DNA of 64,000 nucleotides from Candidatus Aminicenantales bacterium (lineage in GTDB: Bacteria; Acidobacteriota; Aminicenantia; Aminicenantales; UBA4085), in contig JBEKTZ010000005.1 in assembly GCA_049515535.1 (NCBI GenBank), positions 1 through 64,000 of the forward strand, written 5' to 3'. This document shows, piece by piece, positions 56,432 to 64,000 of the stretch. Every line of letters starts with the position of its first letter. The first letter of the stretch is position 1. Made by a program: the position numbers and the translations under genes. The notes under the pieces are model-generated. The model did no database searches and was not told the DNA's origin. It saw nothing but the letters and a program-made list of their open reading frames with translations.

Positions 56432-56713
56432 ATGCGTCTTTTGATCATCAACCCCGGTTCGACTTCGACCAAGATCGCCGTCTATGACGACGAACGGGAG
56501 GTTTTTTCAGAAAATATCGCCCATTCGACCGAAGAAGTCGGCCGGTTCAACAGGATCGTCGATCAAAAAAGCTTCCGAAAGGACATCATCCTCAAGGTCC
56601 GCGCCTTCGCCGCGATCGTGGCCGGGGCCAACTGTCCGGCCATCTTGACGTCCAGGTCGGATTCCGAGGATTCCAAATTCTTCTCGATCGCTCTCGGCTC
56701 CCTGATGGTATAG
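56432..56713 (+). pseudogene. In-frame chimera: butyrate kinase N-terminus + phosphate butyryltransferase C-terminus
   Basis: MRLLIINPGSTSTKIAVY (Buk) joined after about 55 aa to AAIVAGANCPAILTSRSDSEDSKFFSIAL (Ptb); GGAGG RBS. Confidence 0.8.
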
Positions 56714-56801
56714 CTGCCGCGGACGACAAAAGACGAAATCTTTTTCAAGGCCATTTTCATAAAATTCGTCTCATTCAAAGGGTGAAGGGAAAGGATTTTC
56801 C

Positions 56802-59195
56802 ATGAGAAAGCGGATCCTTGTTCTTATTGGCGTCATGACATTGAGTTTTGCGTCGGGCTGCCTCCGGGTTCAAACGGTTCCGACACCGGGCCCAGCGCCG
56901 GAAACGAGCATCATTCCTCGGCCGCTCAAAATCGAACGCCTGGCGGGCCGTTTTGTCCTGTCGCCGGGGACCAGGATATTCATCCCGGCAGGAGAACGGG
57001 ACATCCGGCAAGTGGCCGAATATTTGGCCCGGCGCCTCGGCGCGAGCCTGAATTGCGGCTTCGAAATAACCGAAATGACGATGGCCGAAGCGGCCAAAGC
57101 GCCGGCCTCTCCGTCCAACGCTTTTATTTTCAATAAATTAAAGGCGGATGATCTCGGGCAGGAAGGATACCGATTGACGGCCGGACCCGACCGGATCATT
57201 CTGGAATCAGCCGGACCGCAAGGCTTCTTCTACGGTGTCCAGACGATTTTCCAGCTTCTGCCGCCCGAGATTTATTCCGGCGAGAATATTCCCGGAATCC
57301 GCTGGACCATCCCGGCCGTAGAGATCACGGACGTTCCGCGCTATCCTTGGCGGGGCATGCTCCTCGACGTCTCCCGCCATTTTTTTCCGAAGGAATTCAT
57401 CATCAAATTCATCGACTTCCTGGCCCTCCATAAAATGAACACCTTTCACTGGCATCTGACCGACGACCAGGGCTGGCGGATCGAAATCAAGAAATACCCG
57501 AAGCTGACGGAAGTGGGCGCGTGGCGCGCGGACCGGGAAGACAAGCCATGGGACGGCCGGGAACCGCAGAGGGAAGGCGAGCGGGCGGCCTACGGCGGGT
57601 ATTACACCCAAGACGACATCCGGGAAATCGTGGCCTACGCCAAGAGCCGGTTCGTGACGATCGTGCCCGAGATCGAAATGCCGGGCCACTGCATGTCGGC
57701 TTTGGCCGCCTATCCGCAGCTCTCGTGCACGGGGGGGCCGTTCACCGTGCCGCCGGGCGGTGTCTGGCCGATCGTCCACGTCTACTGTCCCGGCAACGAC
57801 GAGACCTTCGCCTTCCTCGAGGACGTCCTGACCGAAGTGATCGCCCTGTTCCCAGGCGATACCATCCACGTCGGCGGGGACGAAGTCGACAAAGCCAATT
57901 GGAAAGTCTGCCCGAAGTGCCAGGCCCGGATGAAGGCCGAGGGGCTGAAGACCGAGGAAGAGCTTCAAAGCTGGTTCATTCGGCGCATCGAGAAATTCCT
58001 GAACTCCAAGGGCAAAAAGCTCATGGGCTGGGACGAGATCCTGGAGGGCGGCCTCGCGCCCAACGCCGCGGTCATGTCCTGGCGCGGCACGGAAGGCGGC
58101 ATCGCCGCGGCCCGCGAAGGCCACGACGTGGTCATGACTCCCACATCGTACTGCTATTTCGATTACTACCAGGGCAGGCCCGACGCCGAGCCGCCGGCGA
58201 TCGGCGGATACCTGCCGCTCAGCAAGGTCTATTCCTTCGAGCCGACGCCGGGCGAGCTCGGGCCGGAAGAGGCGCGCCACATCCTCGGAGCGCAAGCTAA
58301 TTTGTGGACGGAATATATCGCCACGCCGGAGCATGCCGAATATATGATTTTCCCGAGGATCGCGGCCATTGCCGAAGCGGGCTGGTCGGCCAAAGACGCG
58401 CGAAACTGGGACGATTTCGCGGCCCGCATGAACGCGCAGTATGAGCGCTATCGGCTCGCCGGCGTCCATTACGCGAAGAGCGCGTTCAACGTCCGGCCGG
58501 CGCCGGAATTCGATGCGGCGACAAAGGGCATCAGCATCAGACTGGAAACGGAGACGTTCCGCCCCGATATCCGCTACACGCTGGACGGAAGCGATCCGAG
58601 GGCCTCTTCAACGCCTTATTCCCGGCCGCTCCGTTCCGAGCGCAGCTTGACCTTGAAAGCGGGGACGTTCCGGAATGGGAAGCTTCAAGGAAAGATCACG
58701 GAAATGAAATTTCAAGTCCACAAAGCCCTGGGCAAGGCCCCCAAGCTGACCTTTCCCTATAAAGAAAAATACAGGGCCGGAGGAGACATCGCCCTGACCG
58801 ACGGGCTGCGCGGCTCGAAATCTCATGACGACGGATATTGGCAGGGTTTCGAAGGAGACGACCTCATCGCCGAGATCGATCTCGGGAAAGCCCAAAAGAT
58901 CTCGCGCGTCTCGGCCGGCTTCCTGCAGAACGTCAATTCCTGGATCTTCCTTCCGGAGTCGGTCGAGTTCGCCGTGTCCAATGACGGCCGGGACTACCGA
59001 GTCGTGGCGACAATCGAAAGCGGCGTCTCTCTCCAGATCGGCGAACCCCTCCTCAAGGATTTCACGGCCGGGGCCGGAGGAGCGAATGTCCGCTTTATCC
59101 GGGTCTGGGCCAAGAACATCGGCGTCTGCCCGCCGGGGCATCCCGGCGCAGGGGACAAGGCCTGGATTTTCGCCGACGAGATCATCGTCGAGTGA
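56802..59195 (+). CDS. GH20 beta-N-acetylhexosaminidase lipoprotein with Fn3-like and F5/8-like C-terminal domains
   Basis: Lipobox FASGC, WRGMLLDVSRHF, HLTDDQGWR, HVGGDE, YTLDGSDP. Confidence 0.93.
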   Translation: MRKRILVLIGVMTLSFASGCLRVQTVPTPGPAPETSIIPRPLKIERLAGRFVLSPGTRIFIPAGERDIRQVAEYLARRLGASLNCGFEITEMTMAEAAKAPASPSNAFIFNKLKADDLGQEGYRLTAGPDRIILESAGPQGFFYGVQTIFQLLPPEIYSGENIPGIRWTIPAVEITDVPRYPWRGMLLDVSRHFFPKEFIIKFIDFLALHKMNTFHWHLTDDQGWRIEIKKYPKLTEVGAWRADREDKPWDGREPQREGERAAYGGYYTQDDIREIVAYAKSRFVTIVPEIEMPGHCMSALAAYPQLSCTGGPFTVPPGGVWPIVHVYCPGNDETFAFLEDVLTEVIALFPGDTIHVGGDEVDKANWKVCPKCQARMKAEGLKTEEELQSWFIRRIEKFLNSKGKKLMGWDEILEGGLAPNAAVMSWRGTEGGIAAAREGHDVVMTPTSYCYFDYYQGRPDAEPPAIGGYLPLSKVYSFEPTPGELGPEEARHILGAQANLWTEYIATPEHAEYMIFPRIAAIAEAGWSAKDARNWDDFAARMNAQYERYRLAGVHYAKSAFNVRPAPEFDAATKGISIRLETETFRPDIRYTLDGSDPRASSTPYSRPLRSERSLTLKAGTFRNGKLQGKITEMKFQVHKALGKAPKLTFPYKEKYRAGGDIALTDGLRGSKSHDDGYWQGFEGDDLIAEIDLGKAQKISRVSAGFLQNVNSWIFLPESVEFAVSNDGRDYRVVATIESGVSLQIGEPLLKDFTAGAGGANVRFIRVWAKNIGVCPPGHPGAGDKAWIFADEIIVE

Positions 59196-59257
59196 TTCGC
59201 TGGATCGGATTCAACCCAATCGTTCCGGGCCGGAAAGGCCGCCGGAGATGACGGTAT

Positions 59258-59485
59258 TCATGGCTTCGGCGAGGCGGATTCGCCTTTCTTATCCCGCCTC
59301 TTCTCGAGTCTCGGGACGAGGAAGCCGAGGGCGAATCCGAGCAAGAAACTGAAAAAGACAAGAACGAACATGGGCGCCTCGATCCACCACAAATAGAACC
59401 GGATCCTCTCCGACCCAGAATTTTGGACAAGAAGGATGGCGAGCAGCGCGATTAAAACCAGAACCAAAATGGTCTTGCTTTTCAT
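59258..59485 (-). CDS. LapA/DUF1049-like small membrane protein
   Basis: TM-QN-(F.FW..P)-TM-basic tail pattern. Confidence 0.7.
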   Translation of the reverse strand: MKSKTILVLVLIALLAILLVQNSGSERIRFYLWWIEAPMFVLVFFSFLLGFALGFLVPRLEKRRDKKGESASPKP

Positions 59486-59566
59486 GAAATGCCCTCCCCG
59501 CTAAATATTTGCAAACACAGACCTATGATGACAGGCCCCCCCGGACAACGCGCGGGAGCCCGATTT

Positions 59567-60631
59567 TTAGAGCCATTTTCTCCGCCTGAAATAAATCACC
59601 AGAGAAACGCCGATGGCGATCATGACCCCCCAGACCAGAAAATAGCCGCCCCGCCAATGAATCTCGGGCATGAAATCGAAATTCATGCCGTAAATTCCGG
59701 CGATGAACGTCAGCGGAATGAAGATCGTGCCGATGATCGTCAGGACCTTCATGATCTCGTTCATCCGGTTGCTGATGCTCGAAAGATACATATCGAGCAT
59801 GCCCGACAGCATTTCGCGGAAGGTCTCGATGTTGTCGATGACCTGGATCGCATGATCATAGACGTCGCGGAAGAAAATGCCGGTCGCTTTTTGTATGAGC
59901 GGCGATTCCGCCCGCTCCAGCCGGCTGATGACCTCGCGCAGGGGCCAGACGGACTTGCGCAGAAAAATCATGGCGCGTTTCAGGGCGTGGATCTCATTTA
60001 AGGTCGCTTTCCTGGGGTCGGAGACGAGCTCATCCTCGAGCTCTTCGATCTGCTCACCCATCCGTTCGAGGACGACGAAATAGCCGTCCACGACGGTGTC
60101 GATAAGGGCATAGGCCAGATAATCCGGACCCATCTTCCGGATGCGGCCCTTGCCTTTGCGAATGCGCTCGCGCACGGGGCCGAAGATGCCCCCCGGCTGC
60201 TCCTGGAAAGAGAGGACGAAATTCCGCCCGAAGACCAGGCTCACCTGCTCGGTGACGACGTCCGACCCGTTCGTCCCGCAGGCCATCGTCTTCAGGACGA
60301 TATAGACGGCGTCGCCGAGGTCCTCGATCTTCGGCCGCTGCGCAGTGTTCATGATGTCTTCGAGGATCAGGGGATGGAGGCCGAAATGGCCGCCGAGCTT
60401 TTCGATGGCTTCGGCGTCATGGATGCCGTCCATGTTGATCCAGGTCACGGTGGACGTTTCGCTGAAAGGGAAACACTCCTCGACGGCCCCGGCTTCCTTT
60501 TCCAGAAACTTCTCCCCGTCATAATCGATGATGGTGAGCCGCATCTTCTCGACTTTCCGCTCGCCCACGTGGACCAGGGTGCCGGGGGCGAGCCCCGCTT
60601 TTTTCGACTGCCCGCCGACCTCTTCCGTCAT
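59567..60631 (-). CDS. corA: Magnesium transporter CorA
   Basis: GLAPGTL, LHPLILEDI, QRPK, YGMNF..MPE. Confidence 0.96.
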   Translation of the reverse strand: MTEEVGGQSKKAGLAPGTLVHVGERKVEKMRLTIIDYDGEKFLEKEAGAVEECFPFSETSTVTWINMDGIHDAEAIEKLGGHFGLHPLILEDIMNTAQRPKIEDLGDAVYIVLKTMACGTNGSDVVTEQVSLVFGRNFVLSFQEQPGGIFGPVRERIRKGKGRIRKMGPDYLAYALIDTVVDGYFVVLERMGEQIEELEDELVSDPRKATLNEIHALKRAMIFLRKSVWPLREVISRLERAESPLIQKATGIFFRDVYDHAIQVIDNIETFREMLSGMLDMYLSSISNRMNEIMKVLTIIGTIFIPLTFIAGIYGMNFDFMPEIHWRGGYFLVWGVMIAIGVSLVIYFRRRKWL

Positions 60632-60700
60632 GGCTGCCGACCTTTCAGTTTGTCTCAAAGAAATCCTCGATGCCGGCCGCCCTGTTCAGGCGGCCGTCGC

Positions 60701-61804
60701 TCAACCCGCTTGCCGCCCTTTCTTCTCCGGCGCTTTTTCCAGCGGTTTCTCGCTCTCTTTCTCCGGCTTCTCCGGCGCCGGGAGTTCGACGATCAGGCCG
60801 ACCTTTGTCCGGATCTCGAAGTCCAACCGAGCGGCCAGGTCCTTGTTCTCCTTGAGAAGTTTCTTGACGTTGTCCCGGCCCTGCCCAACCCTCTCGCCCT
60901 TATATGCATACCATGTCCCGCTCTTCTCGATGAGGCCGTAATCCAGGCCGCAGTCCACGAGATCTCCTTCCCGGGAAATGCCTTCGCCGTAGATGATATC
61001 GAACTGGGCCTCCTTGAACGGAGGGGCCATCTTGTTCTTTACGATCTTGACCTTGACCCGGTTGCCGATGACGTTATCTCCCTCTTTGATCGCCGTCATC
61101 CGGCGCACGTCGATCCTCAACGAAGCGTAAAACTTCAGGGCCCGTCCCCCCGTCGTCGTTTCGGGATTGCCCAGGAAAAAGCCGATCTTTTCCCGCATCT
61201 GGTTGATGAAGATGAAGCAGGTTTTGGAGCGGGCGACGATGGCCGTCAGCTTTCGCAGCGCCTGCGACATGAGGCGGGCTTGAAGTCCCATGTGGGCGTC
61301 TCCCATCTCGCCTTCGAGCTCGGCCTTGGGGACGAGCGCGGCCACGGAATCGATCACGATGACATCGACCGCCCCGCTGCGGACCAGGACCTCGGCGATC
61401 TCGAGGGCTTGTTCGCCGAAGTCCGGCTGGGAGATGAGAAGGTTGTCGATATCAACGCCGACTTTCGCGGCATAGGCCGGAGACATGGCATGTTCGGCGT
61501 CGATGAAGGCCGCCTGCCCGCCCAGCCTTTGGGCCTCGGCGATGACGTGGAGGGCCAGGGTCGTTTTCCCGGTCGCTTCCGGGCCGAAGATCTCGATGAC
61601 GCGGCCTCTGGGGAACCCGCCGATCCCCAGCGCCAGGTCGAAGGAAACGGAGCCGGTGGGAATGGCCGGGACTTTCATCGCGGCCTCCTTCTGCCCCAGT
61701 CGCATCACCGAGCCCTTACCGAACTGCTTCTCGATCTGCGAAACCGCGGCTTCGATGGCCTTGTTTTTCGAAATCTGTTTTTGTTCGGTTTCATCTTCTT
61801 TCAT
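60701..61804 (-). CDS. recA: Recombinase RecA
   Basis: [44 protein letters not shown]. Confidence 0.98.
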   Translation of the reverse strand: MKEDETEQKQISKNKAIEAAVSQIEKQFGKGSVMRLGQKEAAMKVPAIPTGSVSFDLALGIGGFPRGRVIEIFGPEATGKTTLALHVIAEAQRLGGQAAFIDAEHAMSPAYAAKVGVDIDNLLISQPDFGEQALEIAEVLVRSGAVDVIVIDSVAALVPKAELEGEMGDAHMGLQARLMSQALRKLTAIVARSKTCFIFINQMREKIGFFLGNPETTTGGRALKFYASLRIDVRRMTAIKEGDNVIGNRVKVKIVKNKMAPPFKEAQFDIIYGEGISREGDLVDCGLDYGLIEKSGTWYAYKGERVGQGRDNVKKLLKENKDLAARLDFEIRTKVGLIVELPAPEKPEKESEKPLEKAPEKKGRQAG

Positions 61805-61830
61805 ATGGTCCTCCTGGATTTCATCTTGAT

Positions 61831-61889
61831 GTCATCGCGAGGAACGAAGCGGCGCAGCGATTTCATGTTTCCTCGCCGAGAGAGATGGC
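61831..61889. repeat. REP-like hairpin in the recA leader
   Basis: GTCATCGCGAGGAACGAAGCGGCGCAGCGAT...GTTTCCTCGC...GATGGC folds on itself. Confidence 0.45.
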
Positions 61890-62050
61890 CCGGGTTTTTT
61901 CAAACTCGCCATGGCTTTGGTGCCCACTCTTTATAGACGTTTCTCCCCTTGTCTCAGTCCCATGGCTCCTCTTTCCCTCGTCCCGGACATACGGTCAACC
62001 CTTTTTTATCATAATTGGCGGGTGGTGTAAACGGGATCGCCACGCGGGTC

Positions 62051-63970
62051 TTACTTTTTCAAGGGCGGAGAAGGAGACGCCGGCGGGACCGGCCGTCCTT
62101 GCGGAATTAAGCCCGGGCCGCCTCCGTTCTTGACGGCCCGATCGAGGGCCTGGGCCGCCAGGCCGGAACCGGTGGACGCCCGGAATTTTTGGATCCGGTT
62201 GTTGACTCTCTCGCCGACATAAATATTATCAGCGCCGTCGATGACGATGCCGAAAGGCTCATTGAACTGGCCGTCGCCGGTCCCCTGCGCCCCCCAGGCC
62301 CCGATAAACGCCCCCTTGGATGAGAACCTCTGGATCCTGTTATTGAGGGCGTCGGCGACGATTAAATAACCGCTCCGGTCAAAAGCGAGGCCGCAGGGCC
62401 TATTGAGTTGGCCGTTGCCCGTCCCCGGGTTCCCCCATCTGGCGACGAACGCCCCCCCCGAGGTGAACTTCTGGACCACGTTGTTGATCGTATCGGAGAC
62501 GAAAACATTTCCTGAAGCGTCGACGGCGATGCCGAACGGTTCGGTGAATTGTCCATTGCCGCTGCCCAGGCTTCCCCATTTGGCGACGAACGCCCCCCCC
62601 GAGGTGAACTTCTGGACTCGTTCATTATTGACGTCGGAAACATAAATATTTCCCGAGCGATCGGCGGCGATGCCGTACGGCCTGTTGAACTGGCCGTCAC
62701 CCGACCCCAGGGTTCCCCATTTGGCGACGAACGCGCCCCCCGAGGTGAACTTCTGGACCCGATGATTGTTCGAATCCACCGCGTAGACATTGCCGGACGC
62801 GTCGACGGCGACGCCGGTGGGGTCATTGAATTGACCGTCGCCGTAGCCGAGGCTTCCCCAGGCTGCGACGAAGCCGCCGCCGGACGTGAATTTCTGGACG
62901 CGATGGTTCAGCGTATCGGCGACATAGATATTGCCGGAAGAATCGACGGCTATGCTCCAAATGCCGTTGAACTGGCCGTCGCCGCTTCCATAGCTGCCCC
63001 ACTTCGCGACGAAATCGAGATGGTAAGTGGACGTCAGGGTCGCCGCGACCTCGGCCGTCATGCCCTTTTCGACGGTGACGGACCCTGACCACGAACCGTA
63101 GTTTTCGAGCTCCAGCCTCAGCCGGCGGTCGCCCGTGGCCACTCCGGTCAAGGTGCATGGCGTCAGATTTCCCGTGTCCGTTTCGTCCAGGTAAACTTTC
63201 GCTCCCGCGGGACTGGATATGATATGGATATTTCCGGTTTTCGTTTTCGTCAGGAACAAAACGGCGACGACGACCACGACGAGCCCGACGCCGGCCGCGA
63301 TCAGCCATGGAAATTTCTTTTTCTGAAGCTGTTCTTCGTTCGCGGCACCGCCCATGGCCGACGGCTTGTTCTCCTCCTCCTTCTCCTTAACCAAGCTTTT
63401 TTCCGGGGCCCGTTTTTCGTCCTTCGCCGGCGCCGGCTTAGCGATCTCTTCCCCGGCTTTTTCCTTCTTTTCCGGCGCGACCGACGTCACGGAAGCCGCT
63501 AAATATTCCACCATATTCTTTATAGAGAAACCGATCTCCTCAGGAGGACAGGCCGCCTCGACGATTCTCGGACTTTGGGCCGGCCCGCCGTCGACATCGA
63601 TCAAAACGAGCTGGATCTGCCAAGCGCCTTCGTTCCGTCCGATGGATCCGGCCACGATCTTCTTCGCCTCCAGCCGCTTGCCGATATTCACCGCGCTCGC
63701 CGCGTCGCCGCCTTTCTCCGGCGGAAAATGGACGTCCCGGAGAACGGCATCGACATCGGCCCGTTCAAGGACCTTGAACTTGCCCGTCCGGAAAAATTCT
63801 TCTTGGACGATTCGCGTGATCTGGGCGGCGTCCGCCTCGCTGATCTCTTCGAGATTTTGGAGCGGGAGAACCGCTAAAACGACCGGCGTCCGCTTTTCCT
63901 GGCCGCGGACGAAGCCGACATCCAGGAAGACGAGCAGGATCGCCAGTCCAAGGCTGACGACTTTTCTCAT
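62051..63970 (-). CDS. Secreted/membrane protein: CsgG-like domain, K/E linker, TM, PEGA domain, NHL beta-propeller
   Basis: Signal peptide, FKVLERADVD, KKKFPWL+TM, SSPAGAKVYLD...TP (PEGA), six G.GDGQFN.P.GIAVD...YV.D..N.RVQKF repeats. Confidence 0.88.
   Translation of the reverse strand: MRKVVSLGLAILLVFLDVGFVRGQEKRTPVVLAVLPLQNLEEISEADAAQITRIVQEEFFRTGKFKVLERADVDAVLRDVHFPPEKGGDAASAVNIGKRLEAKKIVAGSIGRNEGAWQIQLVLIDVDGGPAQSPRIVEAACPPEEIGFSIKNMVEYLAASVTSVAPEKKEKAGEEIAKPAPAKDEKRAPEKSLVKEKEEENKPSAMGGAANEEQLQKKKFPWLIAAGVGLVVVVVAVLFLTKTKTGNIHIISSPAGAKVYLDETDTGNLTPCTLTGVATGDRRLRLELENYGSWSGSVTVEKGMTAEVAATLTSTYHLDFVAKWGSYGSGDGQFNGIWSIAVDSSGNIYVADTLNHRVQKFTSGGGFVAAWGSLGYGDGQFNDPTGVAVDASGNVYAVDSNNHRVQKFTSGGAFVAKWGTLGSGDGQFNRPYGIAADRSGNIYVSDVNNERVQKFTSGGAFVAKWGSLGSGNGQFTEPFGIAVDASGNVFVSDTINNVVQKFTSGGAFVARWGNPGTGNGQLNRPCGLAFDRSGYLIVADALNNRIQRFSSKGAFIGAWGAQGTGDGQFNEPFGIVIDGADNIYVGERVNNRIQKFRASTGSGLAAQALDRAVKNGGGPGLIPQGRPVPPASPSPPLKK
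62190..63020. repeat. 141-bp tandem coding repeats (NHL blades)
   Basis: TGGCGACGAACGCCCCCCCCGAGGTGAACTTCTGGAC at 62440 and 62581, near-identical at 62722, degenerate at 62863. Confidence 0.9.
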
Positions 63971-64000
63971 GCCTATCCCAAAATCCCCGTGATCTCACCG

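Overview
A GC-rich, gene-dense chromosomal window from a diderm, probably anaerobic bacterium. Gene content and protein style suggest Ca. Aminicenantes/Acidobacteriota or a related lineage; this is inference, not verified. Left to right: (1) a type IV pilus operon (pilB-pilT-pilC-pilS-pilR, minus strand) ending in a complete sigma-54 module (enhancer palindromes, IHF site, -24/-12) that points out of the window; (2) a decayed island with a nuclease, an integrase relic and a GT-C gene, next to tRNA-Arg(TCT) and tRNA-Pro(TGG); (3) housekeeping genes mutL, mtaB, purE, purD, glyA-like, rpiB, ctpA, tatA/tatC, a P-loop kinase + dCMP deaminase pair and a long MurQ/GCKR-like SIS protein; (4) an operon of two Ddl-like ATP-grasp ligases, a GNAT and a KamA radical SAM enzyme; (5) a MetF-MetV-pterin-binding methyltransferase triple fusion; (6) queCDE, queF, hisC, a tryptophanase-like lyase and an M16 peptidase pair; (7) a cobalamin riboswitch with btuB, then mntP, an M20 hydrolase, an SSS transporter, uvrA and a VKOR-DsbA fusion; (8) a buk/ptb deletion chimera, GH20, corA, recA and a PEGA/NHL protein. 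The least explained signals are several GC-rich multi-hairpin intergenic elements (notably 55788-56254, two closed domains sharing a motif behind a promoter), an ORF-free promoter-to-terminator unit at about 45630-45886 (candidate sRNA), the KamA/GNAT/ATP-grasp operon and the folate-methyl fusion. No CRISPR array, rRNA or intact transposase was seen. All calls come from motif recognition by eye; no searches were run.
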